Part shown: piece after piece, positions 44,624 to 55,417 of the stretch | Layout: each line of letters starts with the position of its first letter | Position numbering within the stretch: position 1 is the stretch's first letter | Notes under the pieces: model-generated | What the model was told of the DNA's origin: nothing | Seen by the model: the letters and a program-made list of their open reading frames with translations, nothing else | The model's database searches: none | Virus record (IMG/VR): IMGVR_UViG_3300045988_074321 | Coordinates: 1-64,000 of that record | Strand: one strand, 5' to 3' | DNA length: 64,000 nucleotides | Origin: a virus | Program-made: the position numbers and the translations under genes

Positions 44624-45897
44624 TGAAAGACCTCTTTACTCCTGTTACTCGTGATGAGCGACAGGAGCAATGTAAGAGAGCCTGGTTATTACATAAAGGA
44701 AGAGGCACCATAGAAGCCTGTACAGGCTTTGGTAAAACACGATGTGCTATTAATTGTTTAAAGGCTGTTCTATCTAAATATCCTACTATTAGAGCATTGG
44801 TAGTAGTCCCCACGGAACTTTTAAAGAATCAGTGGATAGATATATTAGATAAGGAAGGTCTAGGGTTAAATACAGAGGTGCAAGTTGTAAATACTACAGC
44901 AAAGAATGGATACGAATGTGACTTTTTAATCATTGATGAAATCCATAGAACTGCTGCTGAGACTTTACAATTTGTATTTAGTAAGGTTAAATACAAGTTA
45001 ATTCTTGGACTAACTGCTACTCTGGAAAGACTTGACGGTAGACATACTATAGTCGAGAAATATTGCCCTGTAGTTGATAGTGTAACTATTGAAGTAGCCA
45101 AAGCCAATGGTTGGGTATCTGATTTTACTGAATATCAAGTAATTATCACAGCAGAAGACATCGAAAGCTATCGAGAGCAAAATAGGGAATTTATAAGACA
45201 TTTTGAATTCTTTAACTTTGATTTTGGACTCGCAATGAGTATGGTTGGTAAAGACGGCCTCAGAAATAGGCTTAATTACAGAAATCAGATTTGTAGTAGT
45301 TCGGATAAAGCTGAGCTGTCTAATGCTTTGAAGCAGATTACCTTTCATTCTACGGCTTTTATGAGAGCTTTACAAGCTAGAAAAAAGTTTATCCATAATC
45401 ATCCGGCTAAATTAGAAGTGGCTAGGGAGATTATTGCTCACAGAGCAGACAAGAAAATTATTACATTCTCTGCCAACACTGCAATGGCAGAGAAGATAGG
45501 AGTAGGATATGTTTACACTGGCAAAGAAAGTAAAAAACAAAACAGAATTACACTTGAGGAGTTCGCCCTACTAGACAAGGGCGTGATTAATAGCTGTAAA
45601 TTGGCTATTGAAGGTTTTGATTGTCCCGGTCTATCGGTCGGGATAATGCTTGGAGTTGACTCTAGTAGCACAAAAAGCACTCAAGCCGCTGGTAGGGTCA
45701 TTAGAAAAGAAGGTTCTAAATACTCTGAAATATTCACATTAGTGCTAGAAGATACCGTTGAACAAGAATGGTTTAAGAAGTCTCATCAAAAGAGCGAGTA
45801 TGTTACTATTGATGTAGATAACTTACGAAAGTTACTTAATGGAGAGCCTTGGGAACCTTACAAGAAAAAATTGCAGAATTTTACCTATCGTTTTTAA
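44620..45897 (+). CDS. superfamily-2 DNA/RNA helicase (UvsW-like)
   Basis: motif I TGFGKT, motif II IIDEIH (DExH), motif VI-like QAAGRVIR. Confidence 0.75.
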   Translation: MMKDLFTPVTRDERQEQCKRAWLLHKGRGTIEACTGFGKTRCAINCLKAVLSKYPTIRALVVVPTELLKNQWIDILDKEGLGLNTEVQVVNTTAKNGYECDFLIIDEIHRTAAETLQFVFSKVKYKLILGLTATLERLDGRHTIVEKYCPVVDSVTIEVAKANGWVSDFTEYQVIITAEDIESYREQNREFIRHFEFFNFDFGLAMSMVGKDGLRNRLNYRNQICSSSDKAELSNALKQITFHSTAFMRALQARKKFIHNHPAKLEVAREIIAHRADKKIITFSANTAMAEKIGVGYVYTGKESKKQNRITLEEFALLDKGVINSCKLAIEGFDCPGLSVGIMLGVDSSSTKSTQAAGRVIRKEGSKYSEIFTLVLEDTVEQEWFKKSHQKSEYVTIDVDNLRKLLNGEPWEPYKKKLQNFTYRF

Positions 45898-46153
45898 TTA
45901 TGGAAACTTATTACACTAAAAAGAGTTTAATGAGATGAAGTCTGCTTTGACTAAGAAGTGCAAAGCATTGGAAACTAAAGTTAGTAAGCTTACCGCTGAA
46001 TTGAAGGAATTAAAGAAGGACTATGCAGTACTTCTTGAAACTGCCAGCGAAAAAGTTGAGGACTAAAGTTTATCACGTAACCAAGTTTTAACGCTTTAAC
46101 AAGTAAACTAGACTTGGTGTATAGATTAGTAGAAAATCTATTAATTTGTACAC

Positions 46154-46759
46154 GTGAAAAATCTTGAACTGAAACAGCAACTTTTGTTTTGTGAAAAATA
46201 TAGCATAAACCCAAGTGAGCTGTTGTTGTTAGAAATTCTTCTTATCGCCCAAGAGGGTGATGAACCCGAAATTGTCCACGAGTATTTCTCTTCTAGAGTA
46301 TGCGCTCGTGGTTTTACAATAGAACTATTAACTGGACTTCGCGATGCTGGAGTTATTCATAAATCCTATAAGATTCCTGAGAAAGGGTCTGTATTTAACC
46401 CACTAGATGTTCCTCTAAATAAGTTAGTTGTGAAAGACTTTTATAAGTGTTCATTCGACTTAGGTAAGGAATTGTGGGATACTTATCCATTATTTGGAAT
46501 AGTTAATAATACACAAGTGGGTCTGAAAAGCGTATCTAAGAAATTTGATACAATTGAAGACTTCTATAGGTTTTATGGTAAAACTATCAGATGGAAGCCA
46601 GAAACTCATAACCATATTATAGAGTTAGTTAAGTGGGCTAATGAACACAATATATTGTGTACCACAATAGCTAATTTTGTAATAGACCATAAGTGGGAAG
46701 AACTAGAGGCATTAAAGAATGAAGGCGGAGTTAATTATGATTCTATGAGATTACTATGA
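46154..46759 (+). CDS. hypothetical protein
   Basis: ORF track. Confidence 0.5.
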   Translation: MKNLELKQQLLFCEKYSINPSELLLLEILLIAQEGDEPEIVHEYFSSRVCARGFTIELLTGLRDAGVIHKSYKIPEKGSVFNPLDVPLNKLVVKDFYKCSFDLGKELWDTYPLFGIVNNTQVGLKSVSKKFDTIEDFYRFYGKTIRWKPETHNHIIELVKWANEHNILCTTIANFVIDHKWEELEALKNEGGVNYDSMRLL

Positions 46760-47850
46760 TTTCTGATAAACTTCTCAATGAAATTGATAGAGGTAGACAG
46801 GGACTAAATCATGGTATTTCTATGAAACTTCCTAAGCTAGAGAGTATTATTGATGGAGTTACTAGGGAAACCTATACTTTAATTCTATCAAACTCTGGTG
46901 CAGGTAAGACTTCGTTTGCCTTATATGCTTATGTATATCGACCACTAATGGAACATCTTGATGATGATGATTTTAAGGTATTGTATTTCAGTCTTGAAAT
47001 GGGAGAAGTAGCTTTGTATATTAAGCTGTTATCCATATATATATTTGAGACCTATGGAATCCAACTATCTTTTAAGAAGATATTGTCAAGAGAAAAAGAA
47101 TATATTTTATCTGATGAGCATTATGACTTAGTTAAGCAATGTATGCCTTGGATAGATAAGATTAGTAAGAAGTTAGAAATCTATGACAAGAAGGTAACTC
47201 CGAAGAAGGTATATGCCATCTTGAAAACTAGGTTGGAGGAAATGGGAACCTTTTCTGAAAGTGAAACCCGCCTCGTCTATACTCCAAATAATCCTAATCT
47301 TATTTATAATGTAGTCGTAGACCATATTGGTCTTGTTGGTACAAAGCCTGATATTGATTTGTTGTCTAGCTATCTTCTTTTTCTTAGAGATAAGTGTTTT
47401 ATTAGTCCTGTAGTAATACAGCAAGCTAATAGAGAGCAAGGAAATATTGAGAGGTTTAAACAAGGCAAAAGTGCGTTTACTATTCACGATGCTAAGGATT
47501 CAGGTAATACTGTGCAAGATTGTAATATCATGATTGCATTGTATAATCCTCACAGAGATGGATTGAAGACTTATAAACATTACAATATTGAGTATCTAGG
47601 CTCTTATTATAGGAGTATTATGGTACTTAAGAACCGATATGGGGATTGCGATGTTGAGGTTGGAGTAAACTTCTTTGGATGGATTAATATGTTCTACGAG
47701 CTGCCGAAGCCCGATGAAATTTATGATTATGAGAGATATACAAGTCCAAACTATATATTAGAAGATAATAGTTCTATTGTAGAACAGGAGCTAGATGATA
47801 TTACAGAATTAGATAATTCAAATTCGAATTTTAATTTTGCATTAGAATAA
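46756..47850 (+). CDS. DnaB-like replicative helicase / RecA-fold ATPase
   Basis: Walker A NSGAGKTSF, VVDHIGLV, C-terminal DnaB-like segment. Confidence 0.6.
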   Translation: MISDKLLNEIDRGRQGLNHGISMKLPKLESIIDGVTRETYTLILSNSGAGKTSFALYAYVYRPLMEHLDDDDFKVLYFSLEMGEVALYIKLLSIYIFETYGIQLSFKKILSREKEYILSDEHYDLVKQCMPWIDKISKKLEIYDKKVTPKKVYAILKTRLEEMGTFSESETRLVYTPNNPNLIYNVVVDHIGLVGTKPDIDLLSSYLLFLRDKCFISPVVIQQANREQGNIERFKQGKSAFTIHDAKDSGNTVQDCNIMIALYNPHRDGLKTYKHYNIEYLGSYYRSIMVLKNRYGDCDVEVGVNFFGWINMFYELPKPDEIYDYERYTSPNYILEDNSSIVEQELDDITELDNSNSNFNFALE

Positions 47851-48545
47851 TGGCTGCTGAAACAATTGCTATCGTAGGTGAATCAGGTACTGGAAAAAGT
47901 ACAAGTTTAAGAAATCTTAATCCCGAAACTACTTTTATTATAAGTACTACGGGTAAACCCCTTCCCTTCCGTGCATGGAAGAAGAAGTATATTCCCATCA
48001 AAATCGAAGGAAAGAACGTGAGTGGTAACTACTATGTAAGTTCAAAGTGGGACCAAATACTGAAAATTCTTCAAATTATTGATAAGATGATGCCACACAT
48101 CAAGCAGGTAATCATTGATGACTTCCAATATGTTCTCTCTTATGAGTTCGTTGATAGAGCAACTGAAGTTGGTTATACTAAGTTTAGTGAATTAGCTCAA
48201 CACGCTATGGAAATTCTGAGATATTCAGAAAAGATGAGAGAGGATTGCAAAATGATCTTCTTGACTCACTCAGAAAATGTTGGAGACAACGTTAATCCTA
48301 AGTATGTTATCAAGACTGTTGGTAAGTTGCTGTCTGAAAAAGTAACCTTGGAAGGTTTGTTTACATATATCTTCTTTACTAAAGTAAACGAAGGAGACTC
48401 CGGTAGAATGGAGTATAAGCTTATCACTAACAATGATGGTAGCTGTGTAGCAAAGACTTCTTTGGGAATGTTTGAAGACTTAGAAATTGATAATGATTTG
48501 GATGAGATTATTAAAGTTATTGACGCTTATAACGAAGGGGAATAA
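47850..48545 (+). CDS. P-loop ATPase (possible helicase loader or annealing-associated ATPase)
   Basis: Walker A GESGTGKST. Confidence 0.5.
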   Translation: MAAETIAIVGESGTGKSTSLRNLNPETTFIISTTGKPLPFRAWKKKYIPIKIEGKNVSGNYYVSSKWDQILKILQIIDKMMPHIKQVIIDDFQYVLSYEFVDRATEVGYTKFSELAQHAMEILRYSEKMREDCKMIFLTHSENVGDNVNPKYVIKTVGKLLSEKVTLEGLFTYIFFTKVNEGDSGRMEYKLITNNDGSCVAKTSLGMFEDLEIDNDLDEIIKVIDAYNEGE

Positions 48546-49120
48546 TGAAATTAGACATACTGTTTCACTATGATGTGAATGAGCAAACGGGTGAAATCAC
48601 CTATATTGGTAAAGAAGAAATCCATGTTGACACCGTAGCTACTAAGAAAGCTGCAAGTAGTAAATCTTCATCTGCTAAGGTAGATGAAAATCCTGAACCT
48701 ATTATTACGCTTGATTCTAACAAGTTGATTTTGACCCAAGGGGCAGTAGACTTGTTACAAGTCTGTGCAGATTGTCGTGTAGACATCAAGTATAAGAAAA
48801 AGGATAAGAAGGCAGTTCCTATTATTGGAACCGATGCTGCTTTCGGTACTAAGGCTGGAAACAAGCTGACTAAAAGTAATACTGTAAGTTATAGAGGAGC
48901 TGCTAACGAAAAGCTTTCTGCTTACGGTACTGTCTTTAAGTTGGAACCTACAGAGGATAAAGGAATTTATTATCTGATAGGAGACAAGGTACAGGAGTCA
49001 AATCCTGTGCCGGAAGAGATAATTGATATCGAAAAAGAACTCGATATAGAAGCATTAGATAATTTAAACATAGACGAAGATGACAAAAACTTAGAAAAAT
49101 TTGATTTTAATTTGAATTAA
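48545..49120 (+). CDS. hypothetical protein with acidic C-terminal tail
   Basis: ORF track. Confidence 0.45.
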   Translation: MKLDILFHYDVNEQTGEITYIGKEEIHVDTVATKKAASSKSSSAKVDENPEPIITLDSNKLILTQGAVDLLQVCADCRVDIKYKKKDKKAVPIIGTDAAFGTKAGNKLTKSNTVSYRGAANEKLSAYGTVFKLEPTEDKGIYYLIGDKVQESNPVPEEIIDIEKELDIEALDNLNIDEDDKNLEKFDFNLN

Positions 49121-49122
49121 TT

Positions 49123-49818
49123 ATGGCATTTAATTTTGGTATATCAGCAGACTCAGCAGTAAGAAACACACGTCGTCCTTTAACCCCTTGGAATATCCAT
49201 GATGTAAAATTCATGGGTTGCGAAATCAAGGAATTTGATGGGAAGAAGGACCCAACAGCCCACTATAAAGTTTTGTCTATCAATTTTGAGAACGAAGATG
49301 GTTACTTCTCAGTAACTCAATTCTTCCCGAAAGCTGGTGATGATGAGAGACGAGAATTTGATAGTAAGAATGGTGGAAAGGTAGTGATGCCCTCCAACTT
49401 CGAAACTTTGATGGCTGTAGTTAAACAGACTGCGCAGGTTCTTAACCCTGCAGGATTCGAAAAGATGCAAGCAGCTAGCTCTAAGTTTAAGAGCTTCGAT
49501 GATGTAGCTAAGGCTCTGATTACTATAACTGAAAAAGTTAAAGGTACAGAGACTAAGTTGAAGTTGATTGGTAGAAACCGTGATGGTAAAGTAGTTGCTG
49601 ATATACCTCGTATCGTAGGTATTAACAAACAAGGTGAGTCGTTCATCTCTGATAACTATATTGGTGACAAGCTGTTCTTCTCTGACTATGAGGAGGGAGA
49701 ACGTCAGAAGTATCTGAAAGCTAAGCCTACCGAAATGAAGTCAGAAGACCCGATTGCAGATGTTGCCGGTGTAGATGCTGCACCAGGAAATGACTTCGAT
49801 CTTGACAACTTGCTATAA
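49123..49818 (+). CDS. possible single-stranded DNA-binding protein
   Basis: position between helicase and primase; acidic C-terminal tail DFDLDNLL reminiscent of SSB tails. Confidence 0.3.
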   Translation: MAFNFGISADSAVRNTRRPLTPWNIHDVKFMGCEIKEFDGKKDPTAHYKVLSINFENEDGYFSVTQFFPKAGDDERREFDSKNGGKVVMPSNFETLMAVVKQTAQVLNPAGFEKMQAASSKFKSFDDVAKALITITEKVKGTETKLKLIGRNRDGKVVADIPRIVGINKQGESFISDNYIGDKLFFSDYEEGERQKYLKAKPTEMKSEDPIADVAGVDAAPGNDFDLDNLL

Positions 49819-49852
49819 TGATTTGTTAGTAGAGTAATTCATAAATTCCTTA

Positions 49853-50872
49853 GTGACTATGTTTGATTATACTTTTGAACCCAAAATTACTAAGGAATTT
49901 CTTCTATCTAAGAACAATGAGGAGACTTACATGACTTATTATCTGGGTATTCCAGTTAAGAAAGGACTGTTCAAGTCTCCTTTGCGTAGTGACAGTCATG
50001 TCACCTGCAGCTTTTTTAGAGGAAAATCTGGAAACTTATATTTTAAGGACTTTGCTTCCGGAAAATGTTTGACATTCGAAGGGGTAGTTATGGAAAAGTA
50101 TAATTGTAACTATCACACTGCTTTAAAGATTATAGCTAAGGACTTTGGATATACTAAGGATTCTCCTGTAAAGAAGATTGCAGTAAAAATCCAGCCGAAA
50201 TTTGAGGAAGAAAAACAAACCTTCATCCAAATAGAAGCTAAGGAGTTCTCAGAACCTGAGTTGAAGTGGTGGGGAAGCTTTGGTATTACTAAAGATATTC
50301 TACATAGGTTTAAGGTATACAGTTGTAGTACTGTATTCTTAAATGGAAATATATATGCACAGTCTGCCCAACATAGTCCTATCTATGGATATTATTTTGG
50401 GAAGAAAGAGAACATCGAGCAATGGCGTATTTATATGCCAAAACGAAAGGAGTTTAGATTCATAGGTAATGTTTCTACTAAGACTATTCAAGGCTATAAA
50501 CAATTAGCTAAGACTGGAAAACTGGTAGTAATAACTAAGTCTATGAAAGATGTAATGTGTTTATATTCTTTAGGAATACCAGCTATAGCTCCCAACTCTG
50601 AGACTCAGTTTGTTTCTGACAAAGTTTTAGAAGAATTAAAGCAGAGATTCAAATACATTGTGTTGCTATATGATAATGACCTAACTGGAGTTCGTTTTAC
50701 TAATAAGATTAGGAAACAACATCCAGAATTAATCGTATCAATGATTCCCAGAAACACAGGAGCTAAGGATATAAGTGATTACTATAGGGACTATGGAAGA
50801 AAAGCTACTCAGGAGTTGATTAAGTTAACTATTGACAAATTTAAAAGAAATGGTATTTTACGTAGTAATTAA
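49853..50872 (+). CDS. DNA primase (zinc finger + TOPRIM)
   Basis: CSFFRGKSGNLYFKDFASGKC zinc-binding region; TOPRIM-like KSMKD...LYDNDLTG. Confidence 0.65.
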   Translation: MTMFDYTFEPKITKEFLLSKNNEETYMTYYLGIPVKKGLFKSPLRSDSHVTCSFFRGKSGNLYFKDFASGKCLTFEGVVMEKYNCNYHTALKIIAKDFGYTKDSPVKKIAVKIQPKFEEEKQTFIQIEAKEFSEPELKWWGSFGITKDILHRFKVYSCSTVFLNGNIYAQSAQHSPIYGYYFGKKENIEQWRIYMPKRKEFRFIGNVSTKTIQGYKQLAKTGKLVVITKSMKDVMCLYSLGIPAIAPNSETQFVSDKVLEELKQRFKYIVLLYDNDLTGVRFTNKIRKQHPELIVSMIPRNTGAKDISDYYRDYGRKATQELIKLTIDKFKRNGILRSN

Positions 50873-51337
50873 TGATACTGGAGAAAACTTTATTTCTGGA
50901 GACGAAGAAGCACTAATATCCAAATTTCCTAGACAGACAGTATATAGGTGTGAGCTTCCAGCCGGAGCGTGTGTAAATACACAAGACTTATTGGACTTTA
51001 TAAATGAGCAACTCGTTATTGACTAGAGAAACCCTAGAGATGTAAAGTTAATGAAAAAATAAATAGAATAAACGGAATGAAAAAGTAGACTAATACAAGT
51101 GTTACAGCTACATTTAAAAATGGAGAAAAGAAAACCTTCGAAACTATAGAAGAAGCCTCAGAAGTAACTGGCTTAGAGATAAACTCTATTAAAGCTAGGG
51201 CTAATAAACCTGGCTCTGGAGCTAAATCGAAAGATGGAATTACCTTTGAATGGGCAGATCCTGCAGTTAGAAGAAGTAAGCAAGCGAAGAAAAGTAAACA
51301 AAAAGGTTCTCAATATGAGTTAGAAATAATTCATAAA

Positions 51338-51622
51338 TTGAGAGATGTTGGATATGAAGGATGTGTATCTAGTAGAAGCCAGAACAAACTGGCTGATGCT
51401 GACAAAATAGATATTGTTGATATGAACAATGAACTTCCAGTTAATATCCAAGCCAAGTTTACCCAAAATATGCCAAACTATTTTGACATTAGGGACGCTT
51501 GTAGTGATAAATCTAAACCGTTCTGTATATGTTGGAAGAAGGCAGGAAAGAACGGGGCACCTAGCGTGGGTCAAGTAGCTGTAATACCTATAGAATATTT
51601 TTATGAATTGCTTAAGAAATGA
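51338..51622 (+). CDS. hypothetical protein
   Basis: ORF track. Confidence 0.45.
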   Translation: MRDVGYEGCVSSRSQNKLADADKIDIVDMNNELPVNIQAKFTQNMPNYFDIRDACSDKSKPFCICWKKAGKNGAPSVGQVAVIPIEYFYELLKK

Positions 51623-51867
51623 AAAAGTTAATAGTTAAAGGTCCAATTCCTACGATTAAGAACTGTGTAGTTAATGACTTTGATGACGAGTATGCCCTCT
51701 ATTTGAGGACAGCTAAGAAGAATTGGAGAACTGAGGAAGCATTTTCTCTAGAATTTGACTCTACATTATCTGATTTGAAAAAGAGTCACTTTGTCTACGT
51801 GGATAGAGAAGACCTTGAACTTTTAATTAAGAAGCGATTAAATGTTATTGAAGTAATCGAGTTATGA
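51619..51867 (+). CDS. hypothetical protein
   Basis: ORF track. Confidence 0.45.
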   Translation: MKKLIVKGPIPTIKNCVVNDFDDEYALYLRTAKKNWRTEEAFSLEFDSTLSDLKKSHFVYVDREDLELLIKKRLNVIEVIEL

Positions 51868-52085
51868 ACACATATTTATTTCCATGGCATACAGATGAAG
51901 TCTGTAGAATTGGTAAAGTGGTAGCTAGAAGCTACGAGGATTGTGAAGAAAAAATAAAGAGTATGTATATAAATAAGTACGACGATTTAGATGATCTTCT
52001 GGATTATGATGATTTCTGCGAAGAACTTGCCGATAAACATGGGATATATTTAGGAGAAGTATCTGAGATAAATGAATTTATGTAA
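51864..52085 (+). CDS. hypothetical protein
   Basis: ORF track. Confidence 0.4.
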   Translation: MNTYLFPWHTDEVCRIGKVVARSYEDCEEKIKSMYINKYDDLDDLLDYDDFCEELADKHGIYLGEVSEINEFM

Positions 52086-52590
52086 TCCATTAAGGATAGC
52101 GTTAGACTTGGATGACACTATCTTTGACTTTTGGGGAGCTTACAAGGCTCTATTTCCAAGGGAATCTGATTTAGTTGAACACGTAATTACACGGAACGTA
52201 GTAAGTCTTCGCTATAATAAGGAGTTTTGGGAAAATTTACCCTTGCTAGAGAAACCAAATTTTGAACCATATATTTATGCCACAAAGAGAATAAACAGTA
52301 AGGTTTATACTAGGAATTGTCTAGCTAAATACAATTTACCCATAAGACCTATTTATCAAATGTATTATCAGCATGGAAATAAGGCTGACTTGATAAAAGG
52401 CAAATGCGATGTATTAATCGACGACAGTATTAGTAATGTGACTATGGCAATAAACTCTGGACTTCCAGCATTGCTAATAGATAGGCCACATAACCAGAAT
52501 GGAGATCCTTTATTCCGCATTTATAGTTTAGATATTGACGAAATTAGATTTGCATATGAATTAGAATTAGCAACTTTAGGATGGAATTAA
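52072..52590 (+). CDS. HAD-family 5'(3')-deoxyribonucleotidase-like protein
   Basis: N-terminal LDLDDT (DxDxT) motif. Confidence 0.5.
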   Translation: MNLCNPLRIALDLDDTIFDFWGAYKALFPRESDLVEHVITRNVVSLRYNKEFWENLPLLEKPNFEPYIYATKRINSKVYTRNCLAKYNLPIRPIYQMYYQHGNKADLIKGKCDVLIDDSISNVTMAINSGLPALLIDRPHNQNGDPLFRIYSLDIDEIRFAYELELATLGWN

Positions 52591-53630
52591 AAGATATCAA
52601 GCTTAGGCCGCTGCTAGACACACTAAGATTGGAGAAGATAAGTGATAAGGTATATTTTTCTGAACAGTACAGTGGATACGTTAGTAATTCCCGTTTAGGA
52701 TTAATTAATCCTCGGCAGGATGGTAATCCAGATAAATTCTTTACTGGGTTTAAAAATACTTTCTCTTCTGCTCTGGAACTTGGAAGTGCTGTACACGAAT
52801 TGGTGCTACAGCCAGATAGTTTTGAACTGTCAGAAGACATTGGTAAACCTACTGCAAAGTTAGGAGCAATGGCTAATGAACTCTATCCCGTTTTTCTAAA
52901 AGGAGAAGTGACATTTGACGATGTAAAGAAAGCATCAGACAAGGTCGAATATTATAAGGGAAAGCTTACCAAGGAACTAGCTAAATCTGTGATTGAAGCT
53001 TCTACTAACTATTGGAAGAATAGACAGCTAAAAGAATTTGATTTAACACAAGATAAGGAAATTATATATCTTGACAACAAATCACTAGAAATCGTAAAGT
53101 CTTGTGTATCAGCATTAAATAGCAATAAGCAAGTGCAGAAACTTTTACATCCTGAAGGGATAACTAAAACACCTATTTCTGAAAATGAGCAAGCTATTTT
53201 ATTGGACGTGGAGGCGACCTGCCCTAATGGAAAAAAGTTTATCTTACACCTGAAGTCCAAACTAGATAATTATACAATAGATACAGAAACTAACACTATT
53301 GTAGTGAATGATATTAAGACGATTGGAAAAATCGTTAGTGAAATTGATACCAATATCAATAAGTATCACTATAGTAGGGAGTTTGCGATGTATTTATACC
53401 TTCTGAAGTTGTGTGCTGAAAAGTTCTATAACTTGGAGAATCCAAAATTGCAAGCTAATTACTTAGTAGTTTCTACCATTCCGAACTTTTATAGTAAGGT
53501 TAGGCCAGTTACTTATTTGGAATTGCGACAAGGATTTCATGAGTTCAAGACTCTTTTGAAGTATGTAGCCTATCAGATAGGTTATAGAGACTATTCTCTT
53601 GATGAACGACCTTCAAAATATCAGCTTTGA
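52581..53630 (+). CDS. possible PD-(D/E)XK (RecB-family) exonuclease
   Basis: LGSAVHELVLQ-type motif; weak. Confidence 0.3.
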   Translation: MELKDIKLRPLLDTLRLEKISDKVYFSEQYSGYVSNSRLGLINPRQDGNPDKFFTGFKNTFSSALELGSAVHELVLQPDSFELSEDIGKPTAKLGAMANELYPVFLKGEVTFDDVKKASDKVEYYKGKLTKELAKSVIEASTNYWKNRQLKEFDLTQDKEIIYLDNKSLEIVKSCVSALNSNKQVQKLLHPEGITKTPISENEQAILLDVEATCPNGKKFILHLKSKLDNYTIDTETNTIVVNDIKTIGKIVSEIDTNINKYHYSREFAMYLYLLKLCAEKFYNLENPKLQANYLVVSTIPNFYSKVRPVTYLELRQGFHEFKTLLKYVAYQIGYRDYSLDERPSKYQL

Positions 53631-53952
53631 ACAATTGTCATCAATTTACTCAAAATACTTTACCTTAAACTACCTAGGGAGCAATATGGGTGATAAACTA
53701 GCCTGTATTGCTCTTACTTGTTATATAACTAATGAGTTAAAGAAAAAAGGTCAAAAGGTAACGTGTTATGATGTTTTATTGAAAGTCGGAAAAGATTTTA
53801 GGGAGGGAGAAAAAAATACCTTTCTGAAGTCTTTAGGGGCTATCTGTGAGGATTTAATGTATGGGTGTACCACTTTTCTTGACTTTGGTATTAAGCCGAA
53901 AGATATGCCCAAACAGCTCCAGATTTTGCTCGACAATTATGTACCATTTTAA
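53599..53952 (+). CDS. hypothetical protein
   Basis: ORF track. Confidence 0.4.
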   Translation: MMNDLQNISFEQLSSIYSKYFTLNYLGSNMGDKLACIALTCYITNELKKKGQKVTCYDVLLKVGKDFREGEKNTFLKSLGAICEDLMYGCTTFLDFGIKPKDMPKQLQILLDNYVPF

Positions 53953-54133
53953 GAGATTTTTAGTTAAGAGGATTTTAACGTCCTTTAACATAAAATTAAC
54001 ATTTGAAGATTAGGGTTTCTATGTATGATGTAGTATAATTGATTACATCAGTAAGGGAAACAATACTGATTAGATACGGAAAAATAATTTCAGATTATAT
54101 GTTAATGATTTATGTTTAAAAATTTTATTTATT

Positions 54134-54691
54134 ATGAGTACAACGATTTTGAATTTTAAGAAAGTAGAAGTAGTAGCAGAAAGCAAAGAAGCAGCAATCG
54201 CACAAGTTGAAAGTACATTATTCCATGTAAATGGTGATGCAACTCAGGCTTACAAAAATTGGAAAGCTAAACAGACTAAGGGTATTACTGAGCGTGATGT
54301 AAAAGAGTTTATGCTTGAATATCTCGCTAAGAAAGGCAAGAACTGCCCCGGTGCTGGTTATCTGATTACTATCGAATCGTCTGTTGCAGACACTCGTGAG
54401 CGTCCGTACAAGATTGACGATGTTAAAGGTGATGGAAAGCGTAAGTTTAAGACTTTCTACAAGTGGATTGACAAAGAAACTAAGACTGTTGTTTGCCAAG
54501 TTGATACTAACAAAGCTGACGCTAAGAACGCAATCAAAGAATTGTATAAGAGCGGTAAGTATAAAGGAAATGCTGAGTTGGTGAAAACTAAGGATGTTGT
54601 TGAAGGACAGGCAGTAGTAGCAACTGCACAATATACTCCTTCTAAGAATACCAAGAATGGTACTTGGTTAGCTTTCGGTATCGAAGCCTAA
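54134..54691 (+). CDS. hypothetical protein (strong flanking hairpins; probably abundantly expressed)
   Basis: ORF track; terminator hairpin 54709-54750 aggaaga...tcttcct + T-run. Confidence 0.55.
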   Translation: MSTTILNFKKVEVVAESKEAAIAQVESTLFHVNGDATQAYKNWKAKQTKGITERDVKEFMLEYLAKKGKNCPGAGYLITIESSVADTRERPYKIDDVKGDGKRKFKTFYKWIDKETKTVVCQVDTNKADAKNAIKELYKSGKYKGNAELVKTKDVVEGQAVVATAQYTPSKNTKNGTWLAFGIEA

Positions 54692-54824
54692 TTTCTTGAA
54701 AGATATACGTTTAAAAGGAAGATTGCCTAAGGGTGGTCTTCCTTTTTTATTTTGAGATAAGCAATATTTAATAGATATTAAACGTAATTTAATTATGGAA
54801 GTGTAACAACTAATTAACAATTAA

Positions 54825-55415
54825 ATGGAATTTACTCCTATAACAGGACTTCAGATTAGAATTAATTTCTATACAAACAGAGGTTGTGTGCTTGAAGATG
54901 TAATAGAAAATCATTTCTATAACTATTTTAGCTTAGTTAATCCTCTAATAATCGGAAGAAAAGAATCCATCGCGGGAAAACCTACAGATGGAATAGTTAG
55001 GTTCTATGATGAAAACCGGAATGTCAAGTTCTGGATTCTTCAAGAAACTAAAAGAGATATAGGTATTAACTCTGTTTTCGTACATAGGTCTTTATTACAG
55101 GCTATGATGTATTTAGGAAACGTATATTATGATACTAGTACTCATTTAGGAGTAGATAATTTCAATGGAGTATTCCTCGATTCGGCAAGGTATTTTTGCT
55201 ACATTCCGAGAAAGGAAATAGATACTCTAATGGAAAAATTTGAACCTTTATGGCGCAAATATTTTCGAGTTTCACCTTCCAAAGCATACAAAGAACCAGA
55301 ATTAGAGAGTTTTGCAGAATTAGCTATGTATTCTCTAAGGCATAGGGTTAAAGCATTGGATGAACACTTTAGATTAGACCTCCTATTAAAGGAGATTTAC
55401 TATAATAATGTTTAA
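54825..55415 (+). CDS. hypothetical protein
   Basis: ORF track. Confidence 0.5.
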   Translation: MEFTPITGLQIRINFYTNRGCVLEDVIENHFYNYFSLVNPLIIGRKESIAGKPTDGIVRFYDENRNVKFWILQETKRDIGINSVFVHRSLLQAMMYLGNVYYDTSTHLGVDNFNGVFLDSARYFCYIPRKEIDTLMEKFEPLWRKYFRVSPSKAYKEPELESFAELAMYSLRHRVKALDEHFRLDLLLKEIYYNNV

Positions 55416-55417
55416 AT